NCBI RefSeq assembly: GCF_002310835.1
Contig: NZ_CP011042.1
Coordinates: forward strand, 330,001 to 362,000
Origin: Pseudoalteromonas tetraodonis
GTDB lineage: Bacteria > Pseudomonadota > Gammaproteobacteria > Enterobacterales > Alteromonadaceae
DNA: 32,000 nt
Direction: 5' to 3'
A program made the translations under genes and the position numbers. Below are positions 1 to 8,845 of this stretch, in pieces. Every line of letters starts with the position of its first letter. The first letter of the stretch is position 1. Below the pieces are notes generated by a model. That model did no database searches and was not told the DNA's origin. It worked only from the letters and a program-made list of their open reading frames with translations.

Positions 1-502
1 CCGCTTCTAAAATATCAATTTCGCCAGAGCGCGGCCAAGTACCATATTCTTCATCGGTTGGCATCATCCAAAAAGCTGGCCAGCTACCTTGACCCGAAGG
101 TAACTTTGCACGCATTTCAAAGCGGCCATAAGTAAAGTCTGCGTTGTAACGGGTGTTTAAACGGGCTGATGTGTATGGTTTTTCTGCGCCTTCTTCTGCA
201 GGTAAGGCGACTATGTTTAGTACACCGTCTTTAATAAAGGCGTTTTCTTCACTGTCGGTATAACATTGTTTCTCGTTGTTACCACCGCCAGCGCAGTTTA
301 ATTCAAAGTTCCACTTGTTAGTATCAATACTAGTGCTGTCAAACTCATCGTTCCATACCATACGCCAGTCAGAGACTGGTTCAGTAGGGTTTACTTTTTC
401 AATATCTGTAGTAGTGGTTGCTGCGTCACCACCACAACCCGCCAGAGATGCTAATGAAATAGCAGCCAAAAGGCGAGTAATGCGTGTTGTTTCAATGTTC
501 AT
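1..502 (-). CDS. Glycoside hydrolase family 16 beta-1,3-glucanase (laminarinase-like) lipoprotein, N-terminal part; the 3' end lies beyond the window start
   Basis: Absent from the supplied ORF track because there is no stop inside the window. My reverse-strand translation from the ATG at 502-500 reads MNIETTRITRLLAAISLASLAGCGG (lipobox LAGC) ...WRMVWNDEFD...GNNEKQCYT...YTSARLNT...YGRFEMRAKLP...WPAFWMMP...WPRSGEIDILEA. It contains the GH16 catalytic E-x-D-x-x-E motif (EIDILE). Confidence 0.85.
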   Translation of the reverse strand, partial: MNIETTRITRLLAAISLASLAGCGGDAATTTTDIEKVNPTEPVSDWRMVWNDEFDSTSIDTNKWNFELNCAGGGNNEKQCYTDSEENAFIKDGVLNIVALPAEEGAEKPYTSARLNTRYNADFTYGRFEMRAKLPSGQGSWPAFWMMPTDEEYGTWPRSGEIDILEA

Positions 503-564
503 AACTGAACCCCGTTCAACTGATTATTGTCAGAATATAGTGTATTTGTTGATTTTTTCATTTT

Positions 565-578
565 TGTAAGCGCTTACA
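565..578. promoter_or_regulatory. Perfect 14-bp palindrome TGTAAGCGCTTACA, LacI/GalR-type operator candidate (copy 1)
   Basis: Read directly from the sequence. It is self-complementary with a central CG and matches the generic LacI-family half-site pattern TGNAANCGNTTNCA. It lies 63 nt upstream of the GH16 start codon. Confidence 0.5.
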
Positions 579-595
579 TTTTCATGTGTGATAAA

Positions 596-609
596 TGTAA
601 GCGCTTACA
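596..609. promoter_or_regulatory. Second identical 14-bp palindrome TGTAAGCGCTTACA (copy 2)
   Basis: Identical to the site at 565-578. Centre-to-centre spacing is 31 bp, about three helical turns. Confidence 0.5.
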
Positions 610-773
610 AATAATATGGGGGATTTTTAACTGGGTCAAGAATTTGTTTAAATAATTTACAATTGATTTACTTTTAATAGGGTGTTTTTGTTAACAGGAA
701 CGGTTAAACGCCCAAGTAATGTTATAAATAAAGGTTTAAAAGGTGTACATGGGCGTTTTCATTAGCCGTATTG

Positions 774-1562
774 CTATTTTTTAAATGGCATTATTAACAA
801 TTGCCACAAGGATGAATTTTGTTCGGGGTTTGGGTATTGGCTCAAACCAAGTGCAATACGTTTATCAGGCTGGCTTGCCTGTGATTTATAGCTGCCAAAA
901 AGTCTATCCCACCAAGTTACACTAAACCCAAAGTTACTGTTTGTTTCTTCGGGGTTTTGGCTGTGATGTATGCGGTGCAGCGCTTGGGTGATAAGGATGA
1001 GGCGCAGTGGTTTTTCTATTGCGCTTGGCAAGCGAATATTTGCGTGGTTAAACAGTGCTAACCCATTGAGTGTTATTTCAAATATAAGTACTGCAATGGC
1101 GGGCACGCCAAGAGCAGTTATGGCGGCAAGCTTTATCAATATGCTAAGACCTATTTCAATAGGGTGAAAGCGCAGCCCAGTGCTTGTATCTACGTGCGCA
1201 TCAGCATGGTGAACACGGTGTAAACGCCATAAAATTGGAATTTTATGAAATAATCTGTGTTGCCAATAAATCAGTATATCTAGCAACAGCAGGCTAAGTA
1301 TAATTGCTACTGAAAGAGGCATAGTTAGTTGATTAAACACACCGATACTATGTTCTTGGTTATAAAGCGCGGCGGCGGTTAACCCTAAAGGAACCGCTAA
1401 CCGAGCAATCACTGAAGAGGTAAATACAAGACCAAAATTCGCAACCCAACGTTTAGTGGCTTTTATGGGCGATTGCCGTGCAGGGGCTTGCCACTCAAGC
1501 AGCATCATTATGACTAAAATACTTACAAAACATCCAAGCCGCCACCATAATTCGTTATCCAT
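774..1562 (-). CDS. Fatty acid hydroxylase / sterol desaturase superfamily membrane protein
   Basis: 262-aa ORF with multiple hydrophobic segments and the di-iron histidine boxes of this superfamily (WQHRLFH, HRVHH, HRIHH). It overlaps the upstream gene by 8 nt. Confidence 0.85.
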   Translation of the reverse strand: MDNELWWRLGCFVSILVIMMLLEWQAPARQSPIKATKRWVANFGLVFTSSVIARLAVPLGLTAAALYNQEHSIGVFNQLTMPLSVAIILSLLLLDILIYWQHRLFHKIPILWRLHRVHHADAHVDTSTGLRFHPIEIGLSILIKLAAITALGVPAIAVLIFEITLNGLALFNHANIRLPSAIEKPLRLILITQALHRIHHSQNPEETNSNFGFSVTWWDRLFGSYKSQASQPDKRIALGLSQYPNPEQNSSLWQLLIMPFKK

Positions 1563-2205
1563 TGATAGCCTCCGTTTTACTGATATTAGCTTCTAGTTGT
1601 TTTAATGTGTGATAACCGCCATAAATACGGGTGAAAATCGTTATGGCGCAAGCTGCAGCAAATAAGCTGGCCATTATGGCAAAGTGCTGCGGCCAAATAC
1701 AAAAGGCAACAAATAAGGCAATGGTTTCTGTGCCTTCGGTTAAGCCATTTAAGTAGTAAAAACTTTTATATTTAAATTGTGGTTTGTCGAGTTTAAATTT
1801 TTCAGCGGCAATCGCAAAGGCCAAAAAGCTGGAACCGGTACCTATAAAAGTAGCCAGTAAAATAGCACCTGCAATGGCATTTTGTGCTGGATTAGCCAAA
1901 ATAAAGCCCAGTGGAATCGCTGCGTAAAATAAAAAGTCGAGAGTAATATCTAAAAACCCACCCGCGCTAGAACTTTGATTAGCATAGCGGGCTAATGCGC
2001 CATCCAGTCCATCTAAAATTCTATTCAACGCAATGGCGATTAATGCGCCATACCACATTTCAAAGGCAAGTAAAGGCACGGCAAACATACCCACTAAAAA
2101 ACCAAAAACAGTGAGTTGATTAGCTGTAATGCCGCTTTTATTAATGAGCATAACAACCGGTGTTAGTAGTGGCTTTATAATGGGGGTAACAAATTTATCT
2201 AACAT
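1555..2205 (-). CDS. CDP-alcohol phosphatidyltransferase family protein (YnjF-like)
   Basis: 216-aa polytopic membrane ORF with a D-G-x2-A-R type motif (LDGLDGALARY) followed by acidic residues (FLDITLD), as in CDP-alcohol phosphatidyltransferases. Confidence 0.8.
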   Translation of the reverse strand: MLDKFVTPIIKPLLTPVVMLINKSGITANQLTVFGFLVGMFAVPLLAFEMWYGALIAIALNRILDGLDGALARYANQSSSAGGFLDITLDFLFYAAIPLGFILANPAQNAIAGAILLATFIGTGSSFLAFAIAAEKFKLDKPQFKYKSFYYLNGLTEGTETIALFVAFCIWPQHFAIMASLFAAACAITIFTRIYGGYHTLKQLEANISKTEAING

Positions 2206-2233
2206 ACGTATTGCCTTGAATATGAGTCAGGTT

Positions 2234-2872
2234 TTAAGCATCAGTGCCTAAAGTAATCACTTTGCCAGCTGTTGCCTCGGCGTCACTGTGGTCGTGCGTA
2301 ACCATAATGGCAGGCAATTTATGCTCGCGTATTTGACTAAACACCAGTTCGCGGGTATCAACACGCAATTGGGTGTCGAGTTTACTAAAAGGCTCGTCGA
2401 GTAAAATAGCTTTAGGTTCGCTGAGCAACATGCGTAGCAGTGCAACACGCGCTTGCTGCCCACCAGATAGACTGTCGGGATGGCGGGCTGCCAATCCTGT
2501 TAAGCCAACTTGTTCTAGGGCGTGGTCTATTTTTTCAAGACGCTGCTTTTTATTGCCTTTGGGCATAGCAAAGGCAATATTTCCTGCCACTGTTAAATGC
2601 GAAAACAATAAAGCGTCTTGGTAGAGCACCCCAATATGGCGTAAATGCGGGGGTGTGTTATCTATATTTTGATCATTTAGCCATACTTCGCCTTGTGCCC
2701 TAAAGTCTTTGGGCAAACAGCCTGTAAGCCAATTTAATAAGCTTGACTTGCCACTGCCCGATGGCCCCATAATGGTGAGTATTTCGCCGCCATTTACTTG
2801 CTCGTTTAAGCTTAGTAACAGCTCGCCTTGACGGTAAAGCTGACAATCTTTGATGTGTAATGATGACTGCAT
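2234..2872 (-). CDS. ABC transporter ATP-binding protein (YnjD-like)
   Basis: Walker A GPSGSGKSS, signature LSGGQQARV, Walker B ILLDEP, H-loop VTHD. 212 aa. Confidence 0.9.
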   Translation of the reverse strand: MQSSLHIKDCQLYRQGELLLSLNEQVNGGEILTIMGPSGSGKSSLLNWLTGCLPKDFRAQGEVWLNDQNIDNTPPHLRHIGVLYQDALLFSHLTVAGNIAFAMPKGNKKQRLEKIDHALEQVGLTGLAARHPDSLSGGQQARVALLRMLLSEPKAILLDEPFSKLDTQLRVDTRELVFSQIREHKLPAIMVTHDHSDAEATAGKVITLGTDA

Positions 2873-2896
2873 TAAATAGCCTTAATGGTTTTATAG

Positions 2897-4612
2897 TTAA
2901 GCGCGCGCTTTAAAAAAGTATTTAGGTAACACCCATGCCACACCAAAACCAATTAGCGGTAATGCCATTTGTAAAATGGCGTAAACTGCACTGGTGCGTC
3001 TGCTTGCGCCATTAGCAAGGGTTACGGCTTCGGTGGTAATGGTACTTATACGCCCGCCACTGGCTAAAAGTGTAGATAAATATTGGCCAAAACTAATCGC
3101 CAGTCCAAGCGCTATCGCGATTAAAATAGGGGCGAATAGTTGTGGCAATTTAACCTGTAAAAACACCTTGCAGGGACTTGTCCCCAAGCTTGCGGCAACG
3201 CGCGCTAATCGAGGGTCTAAACGCCTGTAACTATCGGCAATAGATAAAAAAACATACGGTAAAACAAATAAAACGTGCACAAATATCACATTAAAAAAGG
3301 CATGCTGGCTATTGAGCAGTTGTTGTAACCACACAATACCAAATAAAAACGCAATACTGGGCACTAATAAAGGAAGATAAATAATTAACTGTGTCCATTT
3401 CGACATGGGTTTCGTGTTTAACTGCTCGGCTTCTAAGCACAGCAATACCATAGTGATAGCAAACAGCGTACTTATTACCCCTATTATTAAGGTATTAAAC
3501 AAGGGAGTATGTATTTGTGTAAATGCATGTTGAAAATGCAGAAATACCACGCTTGAGGGCACGGTATCCGGAAAACGCCAATAGCCCGCTATTGACCACA
3601 TCACTAACCCAATTAGCGCAGCAACAATAAAAATTAAAATTAGACTCGTGAAAACATGAGTAAATGTGCAGATCAATTGATGTGCATACTGGCGGCGGCC
3701 ATTAATAAGTGATTGCTTAAAAACTAGAGCAATGATTTTTTCAAGCAATAGCCACGTTAAGAGTAGTCCAACAGTGACCGCTAATTGTAACAGGGCACCC
3801 GCCGAGGCTTTTATTCGCAGGTTTAAATCTACATCGTTAAACCAGTGCATTATAGCAACGGCTAAAGTGGGAGGGGTATTTGGGCCAAGAATGAGTGGCA
3901 TTTCAACGCTGGCGCTGGCATAAGCAAGTACTGCAAAAATAGGTAAACGTAACAGTGGGTATAAACTGGGTAGCACCACTTTAAAAAACGCCACCATAGG
4001 GTAATAACCTAAATTAACCGCAATTTGATGCTGTTTGCGTAGCTTTTTGCCAAGTTCGGGTTGCGCCAAAACACTCAATGCAATCAGTAGTAAAAAAGGT
4101 AACTCTTTAAGCACAAGCCCAATAATAATGCTCCAGCCAAAAGCGTCGTAAGGTAACGCGCCTTCTGGCGCTAATTGCCAGCCAGTTAACCATGGAGAAA
4201 ATAAACGAGTAAATAACCCCGATGGCGCAATTAAAAAACTCACCGCAATCGCGGCAGCGGCATGCGGAATAGCCAATATTGGACTTAAAATATATTCAAT
4301 GCGTTTAAGCCACACACTATTAAAAAACGCGCCAAGCATAATGATCATCAGCACAAACGCGATTAAGGTACTAATAAGCCCTGTTCGTATGCTCAGCTCT
4401 ACCATGTGTGTCAATCCAGGCGTTTGCCATAATGCGTTAAATCCTGCTAAGCCAATATTTGTTTCATTGAGTGCCGGCGCCCAACCAAAGGCAGGTAAAA
4501 GCACGCCGATTACCCCCCCTAAAACGGGTAAAGTAAGCAATGCAACCAAACAGTAAGGACTTAGTTTGACCAAAAAGGTAAATAGGCTATTTGAAGCGGG
4601 TACTTTATTCAT
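2897..4612 (-). CDS. ABC transporter permease with two tandem permease domains (YnjC/ThiP-like)
   Basis: 571-aa, about 12-TM ORF with two EAA-like loops (AVNLGYYPMVAFFKVVLPSL and AASLGTSPCKVFLQVKLPQL). ATGA start/stop overlap with the upstream binding-protein gene. Confidence 0.85.
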   Translation of the reverse strand: MNKVPASNSLFTFLVKLSPYCLVALLTLPVLGGVIGVLLPAFGWAPALNETNIGLAGFNALWQTPGLTHMVELSIRTGLISTLIAFVLMIIMLGAFFNSVWLKRIEYILSPILAIPHAAAAIAVSFLIAPSGLFTRLFSPWLTGWQLAPEGALPYDAFGWSIIIGLVLKELPFLLLIALSVLAQPELGKKLRKQHQIAVNLGYYPMVAFFKVVLPSLYPLLRLPIFAVLAYASASVEMPLILGPNTPPTLAVAIMHWFNDVDLNLRIKASAGALLQLAVTVGLLLTWLLLEKIIALVFKQSLINGRRQYAHQLICTFTHVFTSLILIFIVAALIGLVMWSIAGYWRFPDTVPSSVVFLHFQHAFTQIHTPLFNTLIIGVISTLFAITMVLLCLEAEQLNTKPMSKWTQLIIYLPLLVPSIAFLFGIVWLQQLLNSQHAFFNVIFVHVLFVLPYVFLSIADSYRRLDPRLARVAASLGTSPCKVFLQVKLPQLFAPILIAIALGLAISFGQYLSTLLASGGRISTITTEAVTLANGASRRTSAVYAILQMALPLIGFGVAWVLPKYFFKARA

Positions 4613-5886
4613 TGGCTAACCCCATAGCGCGTTTGCCAACCTTGCATTATGGCATTAACCCAACTTGGGTGAGGCTCACTGAGTGTGCGTTTTATGCTAT
4701 TAAAAGGCAGCGCACTTGGGTGCGGTTGTGTGGTTTTAAATAAGGCTTGTTGCTGGGTATTTAGCATTGATTGGATCAACACGGTTTTATCGCCCCAAAT
4801 AGTGGGCTTTTGTTTATGAGCTTGCGCTTGAGGGCTTAATAAAAAATTAGCGACTAACTGTGCGCCTTGTGCATGGCTTGCATTATACGGTATTGCTACA
4901 AAATGGGTGTTACTTAAACTGCCATCATGCATAGCATAACTGCGGGTGCTGGTGGGTAAATCAAAGCGTTGTACTGCAGCGGGCACTTCTGGCGCTGAAA
5001 AGGTAAACCCGATACTAAGCTCAGTATCGTCAATTAAGCGGCGCATTTGTGCGCCACTTTGCATAAAATGTTTGCCGCTACGCCAAAGCGTAGGGTGTAA
5101 TTTATTTAAAAATACCCACAAAGGGTTGAGCACCTCAGTGGTGTTTTTATCTGTAGCTGGCTGGTTTAGCTGTGCTTTTAATTCATCATCGTTGTTGTTA
5201 TGTAGTACCACTAAAGCGTATTTTAAAAAGCTCATGCCTAAAAAATCAGGCGGCTTTGGGTAACTAAAACGCCCAGGGTTTTGCGCGCTCCAAGTTAATA
5301 ACTGATGTAGGGTGGTGGGTAATTGATTCGTTGTGCTGCCATCTATTGCTAGGCTGTCGTAATAAAAAGTGAGCGACGCTTGCCCCCAAGGCGCTTCCAT
5401 CCCGTTTGTAGGCAAACCAAAATCAAAGTTTACCGCGGGGTTATTATTAGGATCGGTTAATGCAAAATTTGGCAGCGTCTGGGCCCAGTCTTTAAGCAGC
5501 AAGTCATGCTTACTCATAGCGGCAAAGTTAGCGCCATTGATCCAAATTAAATCGACACTGCCTTGAGCGTGATTATTGGCTGATTTTTCTGCTAATACTC
5601 GGCTTACTGCTTCGCTGGTATCGCTTAATTTTACATGCACTAATTCAATATCATATTGCGCTTTGACCTGCTCAGCCACCCATTGAATGTAGGCATTTAT
5701 TTGCGGATCGCCGCCCCATGCATAAAAATAAACGGGTTGGTTTTTACCTTGGCTTTGGATAGTTTGCCAGCGAGTATCAGAGGGAGAGGTTGCCATGGTT
5801 TTAAAGCTAGCAACTAAAACAATGCACAAAGCAATACTCAAAAAACAATATCGGCTGAGTATTTGTATTGGCTTAACGACGTGCAT
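4609..5886 (-). CDS. ABC transporter periplasmic substrate-binding protein (YnjB-like)
   Basis: 425-aa ORF with an N-terminal signal/anchor, translationally coupled to the permease. The segment VYFYAWGGDPQINAYIQW resembles what I recall of YnjB-type binding proteins. Confidence 0.7.
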   Translation of the reverse strand: MHVVKPIQILSRYCFLSIALCIVLVASFKTMATSPSDTRWQTIQSQGKNQPVYFYAWGGDPQINAYIQWVAEQVKAQYDIELVHVKLSDTSEAVSRVLAEKSANNHAQGSVDLIWINGANFAAMSKHDLLLKDWAQTLPNFALTDPNNNPAVNFDFGLPTNGMEAPWGQASLTFYYDSLAIDGSTTNQLPTTLHQLLTWSAQNPGRFSYPKPPDFLGMSFLKYALVVLHNNNDDELKAQLNQPATDKNTTEVLNPLWVFLNKLHPTLWRSGKHFMQSGAQMRRLIDDTELSIGFTFSAPEVPAAVQRFDLPTSTRSYAMHDGSLSNTHFVAIPYNASHAQGAQLVANFLLSPQAQAHKQKPTIWGDKTVLIQSMLNTQQQALFKTTQPHPSALPFNSIKRTLSEPHPSWVNAIMQGWQTRYGVSQ

Positions 5887-6709
5887 TTAAATTCCAGTTG
5901 TAATCTAAAAATTTAATTTTCATGTCATTATTTTGCAGCGCTTTTTGTTGAGCGGGTAGCAGTTTTAATGCATCAGCGTATTGTGCTAAAAACGGGTGTA
6001 ATGTGTTTGCTCCTTTAAAGCCTTGTTCAAAATCACCGCCGTACCATTTAAAAATAGACGATACATTTAAAGTATTGCCTGTTGCCATGTTGCGGGTGTT
6101 GTCTGACAAAAAACGAACAGTTTGCTGGTGTAATTGCTCTTCTAGTTTATCGGCCGAGTAGGCTTCTTCACGAAGTGCAGGGCAACCAATACTGGCGCAG
6201 TTTACTGCAAAGTGAATACGCGGGTCGTTGTATTTACCACTACCACGAATTAACTCATGCTCTATATCATCAAGGCTGCGTGTTTTACCTAGCAGCGAAA
6301 TAAACTCTTTGCTCCACGGTGAACTAAAAAAGCTACCTAACTCTTTGATTGATTCAATATTAGGGTACTGCGTTAATATTAGTTCAACGGTAAAGGCATT
6401 ATAGGCATTAATTAAAAACGCCAACTGTTTGTGTTTACCCCACGTGTTAAATTCACCTGGTGTGATGGCTGTTAACGTATTTAAATATGCTTTTAATTGG
6501 GTATGCTCGTGTTTAATTGCAGCGTAATCAACCTCAGTGCTGTGCCCATGATTAATAGCGACAACATGTTTAGTTAATAGCGTGTTCCAACTATCGTGCA
6601 GGTTTTGTGCACTACTTTTAAACGCCGTGACCAGTAGTGCACTTAAAACTAAAAACTTCAATAACGTATACAAAGGCTTAACCTCGGCGCCATGCATGGT
6701 ATTTTTCAA
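5873..6709 (-). CDS. DUF547 domain protein, exported
   Basis: 278-aa ORF with a signal peptide (LKFLVLSALLVTAFKSSAQ) and DUF547-type motifs (FLINAYNAFTV, IHFAVNCASIGCP). The annotated start is TTG at 6709; an ATG at 6697 is an alternative. Either start overlaps the upstream stop at 6678-6680. Confidence 0.7.
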   Translation of the reverse strand: MKNTMHGAEVKPLYTLLKFLVLSALLVTAFKSSAQNLHDSWNTLLTKHVVAINHGHSTEVDYAAIKHEHTQLKAYLNTLTAITPGEFNTWGKHKQLAFLINAYNAFTVELILTQYPNIESIKELGSFFSSPWSKEFISLLGKTRSLDDIEHELIRGSGKYNDPRIHFAVNCASIGCPALREEAYSADKLEEQLHQQTVRFLSDNTRNMATGNTLNVSSIFKWYGGDFEQGFKGANTLHPFLAQYADALKLLPAQQKALQNNDMKIKFLDYNWNLNARR

Positions 6710-8831
6710 GCATGTTTAAAACAGTTTGTGGAGCATGGTTACGTTTCCATTCACCAGCGGCATATTTGTTGCCTTCTGCCCATGTTGGGTAGCTGTGAAT
6801 TGTGCCTAGAATTTTATTAAGGCCAAGGCCGTGTTTCATGGCTAAAACAAATTCAGCAATTAAATCGCCTGCATGCTCAGAAACCACAGTAACTCCGAGT
6901 ATTTTGTCTTTTCCTTTAGGGGTGATCACCTTAATAAAGCCATTATTGGCGCTCTCAGTAATGGCGCGGTCTAACTCTTCAAACTCAAAGCGGGTGATTT
7001 CATAGTCTATGCCTTTATCAATCGCTTCTTGCTCGTTTAGGCCTACGCGCGCGACTTCTGGATCAATGAAGGTGGTCCATGGAATAACACGGTAATCTAC
7101 TTTAAACTTTTTAAAGTGGCCAAATAAGCCATTAACCGCCGCGTACCACCCCTGATGAGCCGCAACGTGAGTAAACTGGTACGGGCCTACAATATCGCCT
7201 GCGGCAAAAATATTAGGGTAGAGTGTTTCTAAGTAGTCGTTAGTTACTATGGTTCGATTAGTTTCTATACCAAGCTCTTCAAGGCCATAGCCTTTGAGGT
7301 GTGCGCTTCGGCCAACGGCACACAGTAGCTCATCATATTCAATATCAATTTCGGTGTCGTTGTGCTTCACCACGAGGTACTTTTTACCCTCGCGTGCTTC
7401 ACAGCGCAGCGCTTGGTGTGAGGTTAAAATATTAACGCCACTATCGGCCAATGATTGGTGTGCAAAAGCTGACACTTCAACATCTTCTTTGATCATAACG
7501 CGCTGAGTCATTTCAACTTGCGTCACACTTGAGCCTAAACGAGCAAAGCTTTGTGCAAGCTCACAACCAATCGGGCCCCCACCTAAAACAACCAGTTTTT
7601 TGGGCGCTTCGTCGAGCTCGGCAAATTTGCTCCATAAAGTATCGCTGGTAACGTAACCGGTTTCTTCAATACCTGGCAGTGGCGGTATAAACGGGCGTGC
7701 ACCGGTGGCAATAACAAGTGTGCGAGCGGTAAGAGTTTGCGTGCTGCCATCGTTAAGTTTAATTTCCACTGTCCACGGGTCAATCAATTTTCCATAGCCT
7801 TTTAAAACCTCCACACCTAAATTTGTGTAGCGCTCTATGCTGTCGTGCGGGGCTATATCAGCAATGACTTGATGTACACGTGCCATTACTTTTTTAAAGG
7901 AAAACTGCGGTGTAGTGTTTTCAAGGCCATAGTTTTCGCCATGGCGCATTTGCTGTGCTATTTTTGCACTTTTAATAATCGCTTTACTAGGCACACAGCC
8001 AGTGTTTAAGCAGTCACCACCCATTTCGCCGGCTTCAATTAAGGTGACTTTGGCTTTTACTGCGGCGGCAATATAGCTGGTAACTAAGCCGCCTGCACCC
8101 GCGCCAATAACAATCATGTTACGGTCGAATTTTTTGGGCTTAGTGTAGTTTTTATAAACCCGTTGTTTTTTAAATACATTTAAAATCGCTTTCGCAATCA
8201 GTGGGAATACACCTAATAGAGCAAATGACAGAATTAAATCTAGTGACAAAATGCCCGATAAACGCTCAATTTGTGCAAGTTGAGTACCGGCATTCACAAA
8301 TACAAAGGTGCCTGCCAACATACCAATTTGGCTCACCCAATAAAAAGTCCACGACTTAATAGCGGTTAAGCCCATTAATAGGTTAATTAAAAAGAACGGA
8401 AATACCGGTACTAAACGCAAAGTAAAAAGGTAAAAAGCGCCTTCTTTATCTACGCCTTTATCTATAGCAGCTAAACGCTCAGGAAACCGTTTTTTAATGG
8501 TGTCGCGTAATAAATAGCGTGACACTAAAAAGGCAAGGGTAGCACCAATCGTTGAGGCAAACGACGCCACCAGTAAGCCTTCTACTAAGCCAAATAATGC
8601 GCCTGCGGCCAATGTTAAAATAGCTGCGCCGGGTAAAGAGAGAGCCGTTACTACCACATAGAGTAAAAAGAACCCGCCAATAACTAACAACGGCGATTGC
8701 GCTTTGTATTGGTTAAACTGATCCATCGACCCTTTTAAGCCATCGAGTGTAAGTAACTGGTGCAAATTAAAATGAAAGAACATGCCAATACCGGCTGCTG
8801 CAATCAATAATAACAATAGTTTTTTAATCAT
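6678..8831 (-). CDS. Fusion protein: N-terminal TVP38/TMEM64 (DedA-superfamily) membrane domain plus C-terminal class I pyridine nucleotide-disulfide oxidoreductase (mercuric reductase / dihydrolipoamide dehydrogenase-like)
   Basis: Residues 1 to about 225 are polytopic, with the TVP38-type segment LRLVPVFPFFLINLLMGLT. From about residue 238 onward: FAD GxGxxG (VIGAGAGG), redox-active disulfide GGDCLNTGCVPSK, NAD(P) site VVLGGGPIGCE, C-terminal HSYPTWAEG. Confidence 0.85.
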   Translation of the reverse strand: MIKKLLLLLIAAAGIGMFFHFNLHQLLTLDGLKGSMDQFNQYKAQSPLLVIGGFFLLYVVVTALSLPGAAILTLAAGALFGLVEGLLVASFASTIGATLAFLVSRYLLRDTIKKRFPERLAAIDKGVDKEGAFYLFTLRLVPVFPFFLINLLMGLTAIKSWTFYWVSQIGMLAGTFVFVNAGTQLAQIERLSGILSLDLILSFALLGVFPLIAKAILNVFKKQRVYKNYTKPKKFDRNMIVIGAGAGGLVTSYIAAAVKAKVTLIEAGEMGGDCLNTGCVPSKAIIKSAKIAQQMRHGENYGLENTTPQFSFKKVMARVHQVIADIAPHDSIERYTNLGVEVLKGYGKLIDPWTVEIKLNDGSTQTLTARTLVIATGARPFIPPLPGIEETGYVTSDTLWSKFAELDEAPKKLVVLGGGPIGCELAQSFARLGSSVTQVEMTQRVMIKEDVEVSAFAHQSLADSGVNILTSHQALRCEAREGKKYLVVKHNDTEIDIEYDELLCAVGRSAHLKGYGLEELGIETNRTIVTNDYLETLYPNIFAAGDIVGPYQFTHVAAHQGWYAAVNGLFGHFKKFKVDYRVIPWTTFIDPEVARVGLNEQEAIDKGIDYEITRFEFEELDRAITESANNGFIKVITPKGKDKILGVTVVSEHAGDLIAEFVLAMKHGLGLNKILGTIHSYPTWAEGNKYAAGEWKRNHAPQTVLNMLEKYHAWRRG

Positions 8832-8845
8832 ATTATCTCTTGGGC

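Noticed and set aside
276-569. 97-aa + strand ORF in the supplied track
   Set aside because: It lies antisense to a much better supported GH16 laminarinase reading frame (1-502, minus strand) that has a lipobox and the EIDILE catalytic motif. Its own translation is low-complexity, with no recognisable motif.
720-773. AAACGCCCA...TGGGCGTTT inverted repeat downstream of the hydroxylase-family gene, considered as a terminator
   Set aside because: The 9-bp stem is separated by a loop of about 35 nt and lacks a clear U-tract, so it is not convincing as an intrinsic terminator.
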